64,000 bases of DNA. Source: Gnetum montanum. Its lineage: Eukaryota; Plantae; Gnetophyta. The DNA lies in the NCBI GenBank assembly GCA_015680685.1, contig MNCI01001139.1:46880-110879 (forward strand). Reading direction: 5' to 3'. The position numbers were made by a program, and so were the translations under genes. Shown here piece by piece: positions 39,193-52,237 of this stretch. Under the pieces are notes generated by a model. The model saw nothing but the letters and a program-made list of their open reading frames with translations, had not been told where the DNA came from and did not search any database. Within the stretch, counting starts at the first letter, position 1. Each line of letters begins with the position of its first letter.

Positions 39193-42100
39193 TTAACTAG
39201 TAGCGCTAGGTGGGGGTGGAGGCTCCTCTTCTTCTACCATGCCTCTGGGGCCTACAACATTGTTTGTTGCCTATCAATAACAAAAAGAAAAAAATGAAAC
39301 TGTAAACAAATGTACAATATAAAATTAATAGAAAAAAAAAGAAAAAAAGCAACACAAAGAACTAACGTGAGAGGGTCTCGCATCAGCCATGTCTAGAGAT
39401 ATTCTATCAAGGCCTTCCTTCAAGCATCAGAGGATCTTAGCCTATAATAGTCATGTCTAGTATTCTTGACTAAATTTAGCACTTGTAAGGGTCTTGTCTT
39501 TACCGATGGTGGTCCATGTAGGAAATTGCATCAAAAAAGTGGCAGACAAAGCCTCCCCTAAAGGCATGGTAATTTCCCGCTTAGGAGAATCACTAACCAC
39601 TATGTGGCAAGCAAATATCTTGAAAGCCCAACTCCTGCTAATCACCTCAATGAATAATTCAAGGTGGTAGGCTTTGACAGACTCCTCTTTGAGTTGCTGC
39701 AAATATGTGTCTCGCTCATGCTTATAGTGCCATTTGCGATCCTTCCGTGTGTGCCCCCACTTGCACACCTTAGCGTTGAAGCTTTTCCACTCCTGGCCCT
39801 TTTGAACAAGTAGATTCATATATAGCCTTTGCTCGATGATCTCTTGGGTGGCCTCATTCTTGCCCCAGATCATTGACCAATACTTGGAATAATTGATCTT
39901 TGCGATCCACCAGGTACTATCTCCCCATGCTTGAGCCAACAAGAAATCATATCGAGACTGGGGATTCTCGATCTTCATGTTTTAGGTCACCATTGTCTCC
40001 TGAAGCTTATGCATGCATTTCAACAAGTGCTTGTTCGAGCACCTACAAGTTCATAATTCTTTCACACTGAAAAGCATGCACTTGCTAACTATCTCATACA
40101 TAGGATGAGGTATTTGCTCCACTTCAAGAGGGTACTTAGGGACAACATCCACCTTAGCCACCCAATTTGGATCCTAGTGGAGCTTAGAACCTATTGACAT
40201 GCAACAGGCAAATCAACATTAGCCATAGACTAAGCATAAAATTGGTGAAGTAACATGAGCTAAAACAATAGCATATGCATACTGAGCTTGGGACTTGCTT
40301 GCTATATGCGATCTACCATGTCCCCAATTATGCCTTCCATGAAGGAAAATTTATTTAGTGCCTCTACCCATGGCTTCATGTGGCAGGTAGGCATGGGTGG
40401 TAGATTGTTGGTAGGAACATCCAAGGCTATAACCCAATATGATGCAACACTTAGCAATAATAAGATAGCCAAAGATGAAAGAGTAGAAAAATAAAAACAG
40501 ATGGTAGTTTAAAGCGCTTACCAAGTAAGCCCTAAGGTGTGAGTGCTAGGGGATCTCCCAGCTACACACCATCAAAGAGATTGGAAAAATCACCCTCGTT
40601 AGGATGAAATAGCCCCTCTACATCAAAATGTTGGAAGGCCTCTATGGCCTTGTGTAGCTTCCCTTGGTATGCCTCCTCCTCTTTAGCTTGAGGAGGCACC
40701 CTTCCTATTGCTACTGCCATTGTTGCTTCAACAACCCTCTTACCTAACTCACAAATATAGCACAGTAGCATTAGCATGACATGACATGAAAACATAAAAA
40801 CATAAATATAAAAATTATAAACATAGAAAATTCAAAAAACAAATACATCTACACATGAACTAACCTACAACATTTGCATGCAATGTGAGTATCTTGAGGC
40901 ATATTTTCTTGGTGCCCACCTATCCAACCATAGGGGCAGCCTCCTCTACTAGGCATGACCTCTTGAGTTTTTCCTTGGAAGGCCTCACCGTCTCCTCAAT
41001 GTAACAATTAGCCTTGTTCACATCCCCAATAATGATTCAAAGACACTCGCTAGTGCTATCATAGGAGTAATGTAACTATGACATCTCTAGATGGGCTTTG
41101 GTTGTAATTGAGTATAATTCATCAATCCACTATGGGGGGGTCCTATGTATGAGTGGTTGCAAATAGGTGCCTGATCCAAGGCTTGGATAGCTACTCATGA
41201 TCTTGCACTACCCATGTCCTGTTATCTCAAACCACCAAAAACTTCGCAAACCTTCACAGATACGCTGTGAAGAATGCGAAGTGCACATGAGACCTTGCTT
41301 GGTGGTTGTAGTGAAGTTTGGTGATTTCTGCTTGCAGTCTGATAGTGAGGAAGGAAAACTAGTTGAAACTTGTGCTCTCCTCCAATACCTTTTTTATCAT
41401 CCACACTTGCTCCATCCCAAGGATTTTTCTTTGGGAGAGCAACTTCAAAAAGGTATGGACACAAAAAAGAGTGTAGAGCTCCTGGACTCTAAGCACCTAC
41501 ATGTCTCTAACCATGATGTCTTTGTGAGATCAAGTGATTTCAAACCACTGCTCAATCTCTCCTTTTCAGTCCACCTCTCTAATAGCCTTGTTAATAACCA
41601 ATGGGACTTTAGAGAGGAGGCCAAAGAGGCCAGCAAAGAAAGCATTGTTGAGATCCAAGAATACCCTCACTCCATGCACATAGGTGATGAAGTGGCAAGT
41701 GTCATTATTGAAGGAGTCTATAATGGTGACCATTTTGGCCATTGGAATGCTTAGGCTAAGGGCCAAGAAAAGGTCCATCAACCCATCCCACGTGAGTTGA
41801 CTATTTAATTCCTTTGAGGTCCAATGGCACAACCAATGCTATGCCCCCTCCACATCACCATGTTTCATTATGAGGGTCACCTCACTATGGCTTGTGGTGA
41901 TTACTACGTTTCCTGAAGCAATTGGAGTTGTAACATAGGCAAAATTGACATTAGCACTATGCAAGGAGAAATCAACAAGTGCATGTGAGCAAGCTTAAAA
42001 ATTGAACAAGTGCTTACACAAAATAAATGATGTGTGAGATAGAGGTGGTGGTGCAATTGGCTCCTCAAAGTTGGGCTTTCCACTAGCCCACCCCTCATCA

Positions 42101-42500
42101 AGCCAACAAAAGGTCTTGCACTGATTGAACACCTTCAGGTACTAGGTATGATAATTCTCTAGGTCCTTTCCTACCTACTCAATCACTACCTCCTAAAAGT
42201 TCAAACTAGAGGAGAACATGTTTAGGGTAGTGTGGGTCAAGGTAAGAGCCTTTGGCTCATCATGAAGTCCTTGATCATCAACTTTAAATTTGGCATCAAG
42301 CATGAGCAATCAACAATCAGCAAACTTAGCATGGGCTGGTAGTAAGAAACATAATGAAAAATCATAGGAAAACTTACCCTCCAATGCAGTATATGATTCT
42401 AGGCAGGTTTTGGAACATAGTATGCACACATAGAACAATGAAGAGGGTGTTGCTCCTATTGTAACAAGAGAAATTTAGCATTTCCCAAATCTTGGATAAG
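39193..42500 (-). pseudogene. Antisense, intron-containing accessory gene of the Tat/Ogre-like element (decayed)
   Basis: Coding-like blocks separated by AT-rich GT-AG segments at 40864-40744, 40521-40427, 40282-40191 and 39366-39271, with a further donor at 42377. The last exon reads ATNNVVGPRGMVEEEEPPPPPSATS*. The large exon (GLMDLFLALSLSIP..HFITYVHGVRVFLDLNNAFFAGLFGL) resembles plant transposon-associated domains. The 5' end is uncertain. Confidence 0.55.
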
Positions 42501-43389
42501 GGGCAAGTGCCCCTAGTGCCTTGCCTCAAACCACCTACTCAAGCATCATTGATTGTGGGCTCATCTAACATGAACCTCAGTATGTCTCAGTTGGCCCTAG
42601 GCAACAATGTCTTGGTGATGGCACCCACAACCTCCATTACTAAGTGTAACCACATAATCACACTGCAGTGCTGTAGCAAGAATGCTAGGTATTTAGATGT
42701 CCTTAGTTAAAACCATATCTCTTAATGACCTAGCTTCATATCTGGTGTAGGTGTGTTGTATACAAGCTTGCTCATGTAGCAAAGAATGCTAATAAGCTCC
42801 AAGATGACTAAAATGGGCTTTAGCAACACCCTACGATCACACAAGTGAAAAACGCAACATTAGTATATAATAGATGCATTATTTTGCAAAAAATACATTA
42901 ATTTAAACCTAGCAAAATTTAGCATGACATAATTTAAGTTAGAAAAATATCCTAGGGTTCATTAGGGCCTCATGGGGATAGGATGTCAACATACACATTT
43001 GACATGCCTGTTACTCAATAGGGTAAAGCATGTCTTAGTAGCATTAGCATTCTATTTTGCATGATTGCATGTCTAACATTACATTTTGCACATTTAGTGA
43101 TTTAACACTAGCATTTTTCATCTTACAGGTTTAACATTTTTACATGGAAATTTTTGAAAATTGTTTCTAACTCCTAGTAATGCGACTCGAAAAGTTGTAG
43201 GAAAAATTATAACTTTAGGCTACCTCTAAGAGTATAGTCCAAGAATGCAAAAAATTTCTATTTTTTGGCTACAACTTTGCAAAAAGAAAAAATCTAACTA
43301 CTGGCTACACTCCTAGGGAACGTAGCCCCAAAAATTTAAAAATTTCAAGAGAAATTACAACTCCTTAACCAGTAAAGCACTTGAATGAT

Positions 43390-46300
43390 ACAGATCACTC
43401 CCCCATGGATCTATCACGTCCTTGAAGTAGCTCCTCACTACCTTCATGGAGAGGTTCAAGTACTATATTACTAAGGGTGATACTTTGCAAAAGCTCCTAG
43501 TAATTAAAAAGGCTCCTAATGAATCTATCTCTAAGTTTATCTCTAGGTGGACATTAGCAACTATGGAGCTTACACATCAATTACTTGATGACTAGTTGCT
43601 AGATATTTTTGAAGGAGTTATTAATGACTATATTAAAGGGAAGTTGATGTACCCTATGCCACTTGGCCTCCATGATGCAATTACCTCTGTTAAACATATT
43701 GAGGAGATGACCATTCAACATAATGGTTTAGAGTGGGTCAACTTAAAAAACAAAGCAAATAAAGTAGCAAGGACAAGTCTAGCCAAAATGTTGGCCAGAC
43801 AATGGGTTTGGTAAACTAAACTATGGCAAGTTCATCCTTAATCAGTGAAGGTAGTGATGCAACAAGGATGTGGGATCCAATTCGAAGGCCAATGGTGGTG
43901 AATAAAACATGTTCAATAATAGTGAGGAATTAAGGAGGTCACAGAAAGATCGATCTAAGTACCATAATTTTTTGATGACATACATGAAATTGTATAGCAT
44001 GTCACTAAAGGATAGATACATAATGCCAAAGAAAGTTTTAGAACAAATGAGGGAGTGATTTAAAAGAATTCAAACCTTAACCATTTATCCTTCCCAATGC
44101 ATGGAGGGAGAGACACCTATTCTTAAGTGATACAATGCCAATAAGTTTTGCTACTATCATGAGGCATTGATCCATGATACCAAGGATTATGACATTCTTA
44201 AAGATGATGTTTAAGTGTTGGTAGAAAAAGGAGAAATCATGTTCAATACTCCCATCCAACCAAGCAATAAAAACATGCAAATTTATCTAGATCCTTTGAA
44301 TTCTCATTCAAGAGAAATTTTTCTTTCCACATAAAGCCCAAGAAAAATTACCCACAAATTTCCTTTGTTATTCAAATGAATTTCTCCTATTACCAGTCTC
44401 CCTCATCCTCTCATTTTACCCCATGTAGGCCTAAGAAGCCTTTTGTAATCAATCTCCTTAGGAATGACACTAATGCCCCTATTCCCCAGAACATATGAAG
44501 GGCTCCATTAGTCATTGATATGATTTTAATATGATGAAGTTCCTACATCATCTCAACATACTTTCTCTTATTCTCTCTCTCCCCCAAGTAACAAAGTTCC
44601 CATGCCTACTCATATTGTTCATTATCCTCCTATCTTGCCCTACACTATATGTCCAAAATATTATCCTCTCTCTCCACCCAATTCATAAGAGCCTTGCTTG
44701 CTCCCTATTCCTACTTCACTTGTTAGAATCCTCATAAGGGCTCAAAAAAAGGCAATAGCTAATGACAAGGACGATAGAAGGAACTAGCTAATAAGCTAAA
44801 CAAAAAGAAAGTTTCATTTTAAAATGCATCAAATGCAAATCCCCCTACTCCCATTGTCATTTCAAGTTTATCAACCACATCTAATGTTGTTTTCCCTACA
44901 TTAGATTTCAAAAATCCAACTTCTAGTGATAAGGTTCTACCCCAAATTACTGCTACCATGAAGTCAAAAGGGGCAAGTATTTCCCTCTTTAACCTCATTT
45001 CCATTTTAATTTGAAGGAGTTACTAAAGTCCATTATGATGCCTTCAAATAATCAACCTCATGTTTATGTGATCTTATTGGTGCTTAATCGTCCATACTAT
45101 GAAGTTGACTATTTGGGCTTTAAGGGAGAAAGCATCAAAATACATCTTACGATGGGTGTCATGTACCATATTTTGATTTACATCATCATATAGATTAGAG
45201 ACAACATGTTGCTACCATTAGTATGTGTGGATGATGGATTTGGAACCAATGTTATATCATGGGTAGTCATTAAGCATTTCATCCTTGAAAAATAGGTCAC
45301 ATACTCCAGCTACAATGCTTCTCTAGTTTAATTTAGTGGTGCTAGAGTAGAAATCCTAGAAGCAACAAAAACTCCTTTATCTATAGGGAGTATGATTACG
45401 TCAGAGCTCATATTTATTATCATTAGAGATTTATCTAGAATTAATGCTATTCTAGGATGATCTTGATTAGTGTACCATATGTTGTTTCATCACCATTGCA
45501 TCAAGATATACATTTTCCTTATAAAGATAGAGAAATAGTCTTGCATGCCAATCCCAAAATTCAGTCTATCTCATGATTAGATGTATTGAAAGAGACTAGC
45601 TTAGGATCTCAACATGATCTTATTGGCTAAATGTCCTTAATAAGAAAAAATAAAGAAGTTGATACAATTATTCCTTGGTCATCTAGCACCTACAAATTTA
45701 TGGATTTAGGATTTGGTGAGTTACACATTATTGAATCTATCAATAGCTTGAAGGTTCCCACTAGGTTTGATGCTAGGAAATCCATTGCTAAGGCATTGTG
45801 ACCCTAAATATTTTTGCCCCTTTTGCTATTTGATCATTATTTATTTTGTGTGTTTGTGTATGTTTCTTAGTATGAAATTAGTCTTAACTTCTTTATATTA
45901 GTTTAACTATTTCACCTTTTTATTTTTAATCATGTCCACTTGTTTAGCATAGTCTTATCACTTTATTCTAGTATTTACTCTTCTTTACATTACATTTTAT
46001 AACATGTTTCGTTTACCATTTACTTCATTCTTGTCCTAGGAAAAAATTGCAAAACTATAAAAATGGAAATGAAAAAAAAAACATAAACATATAAAATTAA
46101 AAAGACATAAAAATGACATCCATGTAGCATAGTTCTCAATCTTCAAAGCATTCATGCAACACATCATGTTGCAAAAACATTAAACATATTGACAAACCAA
46201 TATTCCATCATTTCTACTTTATTCTTTTTCCACAAGCACTACCTCTTCCATTTTTATGGGGTTTTCATCTTTTTTTCTCTTTCACTTTATTGTCATTCAT

Positions 46301-46440
46301 CATTATCCCCAATACCTATGACTAGTCTATCCATTGATCAATTTGAAGACTAATTGTAATAATCTTGCTTATCTTCAAGCCATTATCAATCTAATCATCA
46401 TTCTAAGGATCCTATCTATGACCAATTGGGGGCATTCTAG
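43390..46440 (+). mobile_element. Second decayed Tat/Ogre-like gag-protease copy
   Basis: ITSLK*LLTTFMERF..KKAPNESISKFISRW, FCYYHEALIHDTKDY, NMQIYLDPLNSH, VCVDDGFGTNVI..SSPLHQDIHFPY. PPT-like TTGGGGGCA at about 46427. Confidence 0.65.
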
Positions 46441-47199
46441 CTAAGACACATTGTTATCTACAAAAATTTCATTTGCTATCTAGTGATAGCCATGTCACAC
46501 ATCATCTTAAAGATGGATCATTCATTGGTAAAAGAAATAAAGAAAGATCAAGCATCATTAGCTATTTTCTTCATATTTCTCTATTCTATCTATCTTGTTC
46601 TATACTATGTGCTTAGCACAACTAGTAAGATTTTTTGAGTGACTAAATATCTTATTGCTTCATGTAAAGGTGTGATTGAGTGGGATAGGGAGGGATTACT
46701 TTGATAGTATATATAGCATTCTTTTTAGTGATATATCATGAGATATTTAGCCATGCCCCACTTCTGTAGCATAGCACCATCCTCATGATAGGTGTATAGG
46801 TGATATCCTTTTTTCTTCCCTTGCTTGTTTGTTTTTTATTTTTACATGCTTTAATTTCTACTTCCTTATACTATATGTTTTCTTCTTCATATCTCCTCTT
46901 CTTATTTTTTCATTAATCTCTATATTTAGCATTAATGAGGTTAAAAAAGTGTCTTTTCATTGATGTAATGAGGGAGTGTTGAGTGTAGGGTGACATAAAA
47001 AGTATGAAATCTACATATGAGTAAGGTAAGGGAGAGGTTAGCTCTAGGAATCTAGTTGTGTTCCACTTCTATAACAAAACACTTCACTATTAATGTATAG
47101 GTAAGGCCCCTCATTTCTTTTCCTAATTTTATTATTTTCTTAATTTCACAAGTCTATTTTTCATCCCTTCTCTTTGATTTCTCTTTTCTTCCTTCTAAC

Positions 47200-47640
47200 T
47201 CCCATTCATGTCTCATTCCTTTTTCTCTCATCAGCATATTTAGTGAGAATTGAGCAGTTTGTTCCATTCCAATAATTTTTTTCTTGAATCATGAGTGGAA
47301 CAAGATATGAGTATCATAAATGGTATCCTTTTGGTCATCTTGAGTGTAAGATTTAGCCACACCCCTTTTTGTGATGTAATATCATCCTTATAACTAGTGT
47401 ATTGTAATATCCTAATATTCTTCCCTTTCTCACTTTGTTCTTTCCAATTTTTCTCTTTTCAAGATATCTTGAATGAAAATATAATCTCTTCTTGATTGAC
47501 CCTTCTTCAATACTTTGATAGCATCCATCAAGATGAGGCAATGTTGTATCCACTTTTTTGCTTCACTTTGAAATAAGACTAATTGTGGTTTTAACCTTCT
47601 TCCATGAGGATTTGAATACCAAATGCTCAAAATCCATCAA
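47200..47640 (-). pseudogene. Possible Ty3/gypsy gag remnant
   Basis: Weak gag-like residues (LVLFQSEAKKW...). Heavily decayed. Confidence 0.25.
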
Positions 47641-50600
47641 CATAAGACATATTTTTAGTTCGTAGGGATCATTGGGACCCATCTACATTCATAATTCAAC
47701 TTATGGACTCAATGCTTCATGATCTTTAAAAAACTCCAGAACCAAAATTTTTTAAAGTGTTGGAGTTGGCTAGGGCCAAACTTTCTTCTAACTGTTAGAG
47801 CCATTGTAGATTGTAAACTATGTAGGACCTCTAATGGTATATCCTATGCTCCATTAGCATCATAGAGCTTTAATTTGGAAAATTTGGTAGGTTGACCTGA
47901 AGATCCCAAGGTCAAAATTTTTCTAAGTGTTGGAGGCAATGGGACATCAAATTGGGTTTTCTTTGATGCCGTGACATAAAATGTCCCAAAAATAGCCATT
48001 TAAGATACATTTTAGCCTTTGGAGGCCTCTAGGGACCATTCGGGGTCATATCCCAAGTTTTTGGCATCAATTACAATACCTTTGGAAAAATCTCAAAACT
48101 TGACAAAATGTTTTCTAACTAAAACAACGAATGCTAACATTGCGTGAATGTCAGCATTAGTGTTAGTGTCAATATCACCATCATCAAGACTCCTAGCTCT
48201 TACCAAAACTATGTCTTGACATGCACCATGGATCCCTAATGATAAGACAACTCATTGGGAGTAGTTTCGACACTCTAGGTTCTAGAATTTGCACATTTTT
48301 GCAAGTTTCTTGAAAATTGGAAAATTAGCATTTTTGGCTAATTATGGAACACTGGCAAGATCAGAACTCATCTTAGCAGCTCCATATCATCCTATACATA
48401 AGGTTCATAGCTTTCCCTTAGTCTACAAGTCTCTATATGCTTCAAAATTTTTATCTTGATGCATTTCGAGATCAATTTTGGCCTTTCTAGAGTTAGAATT
48501 TTTGACCAAAAAATTTCTCAAAATTTTTATAACTCTAGAAGCCAACCTTGATGCTATGTCAACATCAACATCAACATCAACATCAACATCACCTTGATAA
48601 GTTTTCACGTTCACTAAAACCAAAGACCAGACTTGCTATTTTTCAACTCAGTGATAAGTTAAACTTGACTCTAAGTTCAGTTTTAGCAATCCTAAGTTAA
48701 ATTTGGAAAATTCAAATCTATAAATACAAGGTCAAAACATAAGTTTTAGGTTAGATATTTTGAGATTTGAGAGCACTTGTCAAATTTCAAGAGATCAAGA
48801 GCATGAGTGTCTGCCACCAGCGTAGCACTTGCATGCTCCTTAGCCATCTTTAGCACCTTCAACGTCACTTCTAGATATAGAATTTTTAAGCTTCCTCATG
48901 AACTTTCTAGAGTTAGAATTGTTTTAGCTCCAATGTCAATGATAGGAACCTTGGCCAACATAGCCCTGTTTTAACCTAAATTTGACTCTGGATCATGCCT
49001 AAAAATTCTCCATCTATCACCTAACCCTCTAGAGGTTCAATTCCATCCTCCAAATATATATTTTTCTTACAATCTAAGATTATTTTACTAGTTCTATCAC
49101 ACTTACATTTTTTCTTCCATCATTTGTGATTTAGCTTTTTGTAGGAGGCAAACATTTTGCAACTCATCAATAAAGCATTTTATTATTTGGTAAAGGATTA
49201 GGGATCTTTTCTTTATATCAAAGCATCTCACTTTTATTATTTTACACTCATTTACTTGTATTCTATATTTAGAATTTTTTTCTATATCTTACATGGCATT
49301 TTATGTTTAGTCAAAATTTTTAGCCTTTTATACTTAGTCATTTTTCCACATAAAAATTTCATTTTTTAGTGAGAGATTTGAGATCCTTCTTTCTACATAA
49401 TAATATTAATAATTTAACATTTTATGTCCTTTTATATATGTGTTATACTTAGTTTTTATTCCATCTCTCACATTTCATTCCATACTTAGTCAAATTTTTA
49501 GCCTTTTTAGACTTGGTTGTTTTTAGCATAAAAACTCCATGAGTTGGGGAGGGAACTGAGACCCTTTATTTCATGTTAGAGTTATACTATTTTAACATTT
49601 TATGATCTTTATCAATATTTTATATTTAATTTTTATTCCATTATTCGTAGCTTATTTTATTCCAATAATCCATCCTTAGTCATTTTTCTTGTGATTTTAC
49701 ACTTGGCCATTTTAGCATTTAAAACTTCACCTTTTATCATTCCTTGTCATTTATAGTTCATGTGTAGTAGGTTAAGTCCATATTTGATTAAATGATTTAT
49801 GCCCCTCATTTTATAATTATTGATTTATCAAGGGTTATATTGATTGAAGACCATTTACTGTCCTGTGCTAGGTATCTCAACACTTAGTTCGTGAAGGTGT
49901 TCTTATAGAGGTGTAAAGAAAATTTCAATAGGAACATTAGGTTGGTAGTTTATTAATGATCTATAAGTCCCCTTTCATTTTGAAAATATGTTTTCAAACC
50001 ATGTGGTGACCATGGAATATCTAGCTTATTTCATGTAAGATTATTGTGAATCTAGTTGCGATGACTTTAAGGACAACATATTTTTTGCACTAGAAGAATG
50101 GTTGATTTCCTAGAAACTAGGATTTGATTCCATAAAATTTTCTTATTAGCATGTTGAAATCATTTTATTATTTGCATCATAATTTTTGATATTGCATCGA
50201 CACTTCCTGTTAAAATGACATTTTATCATAATTTATCTTTTCTAACATCTCTTTGATAACATCATAAGCATTGGTAACATCCCTATATATCTCTATGATT
50301 TGGTGAAGATTATTTCATATCATGGAATTATTATTGAAGATTTATTTCTTTAAATGTCAAAGACTTATTGATTTGAAACTAAACTAGGGATTCTCTGAAG
50401 GACTGAGTTAGAGAGACAATAAGATAGCTTGTACTAAAAGGGAACTTGGTTATGTGCATTCTCTAGAAATTAAGAATGATGCTACAATATGAAAGTGCTA
50501 ATGAATTACCTCCTATTCTATGTAATCTAAACAATCCTATTAAGCTTGATTCTGGTAAAGTAAACAAAATTTTCAAGTTCATCGTAGAGCAAGAAAAGAT

Positions 50601-51950
50601 ACAAGAGAAGGTTCATTTACAAATAGAGGAAACTAGGATGAAAGCCATCCTAAAGCAACCTCTTAATCCCAAGATCACTNNNNNNNNNNNNNNNNNNNNN
50701 NNNNNNNNNNNNNNNNNNNNNNNNNNNNNNNNNNNNNNNNNNNNNNNNNNNNNNNNNNNNNNNNNNNNNNNNNNNNNNNNNNNNNNNNNNNNNNNNNNNN
50801 NNNNNNNNNNNNNNNNNNNNNNNNNNNNNNNNNNNNNNNNNNNNNNNNNNNNNNNNNNNNNNNNNNNNNNNNNNNNNTGTTTCCATTCCTTCAGGTAAGA
50901 ATCCTTACTTGTAGTTGTTAGACCAATGAATCTAAAGAGGACAAAGGAAAAGAAAATGTTGATATACCTAAATATCCTTCTAAAGCTTAGAAAAAGTTAT
51001 CTTTCCAACAATGAAAATAACTTGCTACTTCAAATACTTTACCTCCTACATCCAATCCAATATAACTAGTTACAATTACACCTACTCCACAAACATCTTA
51101 TCTAGTGGATAACAAAGTTTTGTAGTAAATTAGTACAATTATTTGATCTAAGGAACAAACTTGTCTCTATATGGTCTTCCTGCAACTTCTAAGGAACATT
51201 AGAAAAATTTATATAATAATCTTAAGAAGATTATGATGTTGAATGACATTCTTGCCTAGATTGAGGCTATTTCATCATTTCTTCAAGTCTCTTATTATGG
51301 ATCAGATAACCTAAACATTCATGGTGAGAACATCAAAATAGATTTTAAAAGTAGGAAGATTTGGTAGTTATCTATGTATGTAACGATCAAAGTGTCACAT
51401 GATGCTATTCTACCATTGATACATGTTGATGATAGTGTAGGGTCTAATATGGTCACATTATCTATTATTAAGAACTTTGGTCTTCATGATCAGATAACAT
51501 TCAATGAAGCATGTACAAACCTCATTTCTATTAATGGTACTTGAGTTGAAGTTATAGGTTGTATTAGATTGCCTTTCATAGCTAGTAATTCTATATAATC
51601 CAAACCTTTCTTTATGGTAATATGTGAATGTCTTGGTGTGAATGGAATACTAGAATGTCCATGGTTAGCCCAACACTGTGCAATTTCATTTTCCATTCAT
51701 CAAGAAATACATTTTTTCTTTCATGATCATGAAGTAATCATTGTTTTTTATATGCAACTTCCAAGTATTTCATGCTTGGGTTATGAATCTCAACCATTTC
51801 TGTTCAATTGTAAACCCTCTAACATTGATGTTAAACCTATACATAAGGCTATAGTTTAATCTCCTCTTAAAATTTCTAACTCTACTATTACTAAATACTT
51901 GATAGACCTCAATGATGAGTCTAGCATTGAATTAAGTTTTCTAACTTAGC
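47640..51950 (+). mobile_element. Third decayed Tat/Ogre-like copy (LTR-like region, UTR repeats, protease)
   Basis: CTATAAATAC at about 48718. ACTTAGTCATTTTT repeats at 49300-49720 match those at 27200-27370. Protease IHVDDSVGSNMV..NGILECPWLA..FSIHQEIHF at 51420-51730. N gap at 50680-50877. Confidence 0.55.
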
Positions 51951-52237
51951 TTTAAATGAATTTAATATTTTCCTAGTAGAAAATAAAATTTCTCTATGTC
52001 ATTTTCACACTATTACTTGTAAGATCATTACTAATCAAGCTTCATTTTACACTGCTTAATTTCTTGTTTACCACTTCACAACAATGAAGGAGTAAAGGTT
52101 CTTATTTGTTGTTATTGGTACTTGAAGTGATGAAAATCTACTAACACCTATAAGGATTATATTGTTTTAAGTTCATGTCATTTCTTTTTTCATGTTACTT
52201 CTTTTCTTGTGAAACTTTACCTTTTCAAGTAAATTTT

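Larger units (their letters stand above)
25280..43350 (+). mobile_element. Tat/Ogre-like non-autonomous Ty3/gypsy element (gag + protease, tandem repeats, antisense gene), host of element B. Boundaries approximate
   Basis: LTR-like region with palindromic motif array and CTATAAATA at 26244. Gag and a C-x-YH-x3-GH-x4-C knuckle, then protease. No RT, RH or INT recognisable. Confidence 0.65.

Noticed and set aside
41197-41754. 185-aa plus-strand ORF
   Set aside because: Antisense shadow of the minus-strand accessory exon; no motif.
48558-48590. (TCAACA)n giving a DVDVDV ORF
   Set aside because: Simple repeat within an LTR-like region.
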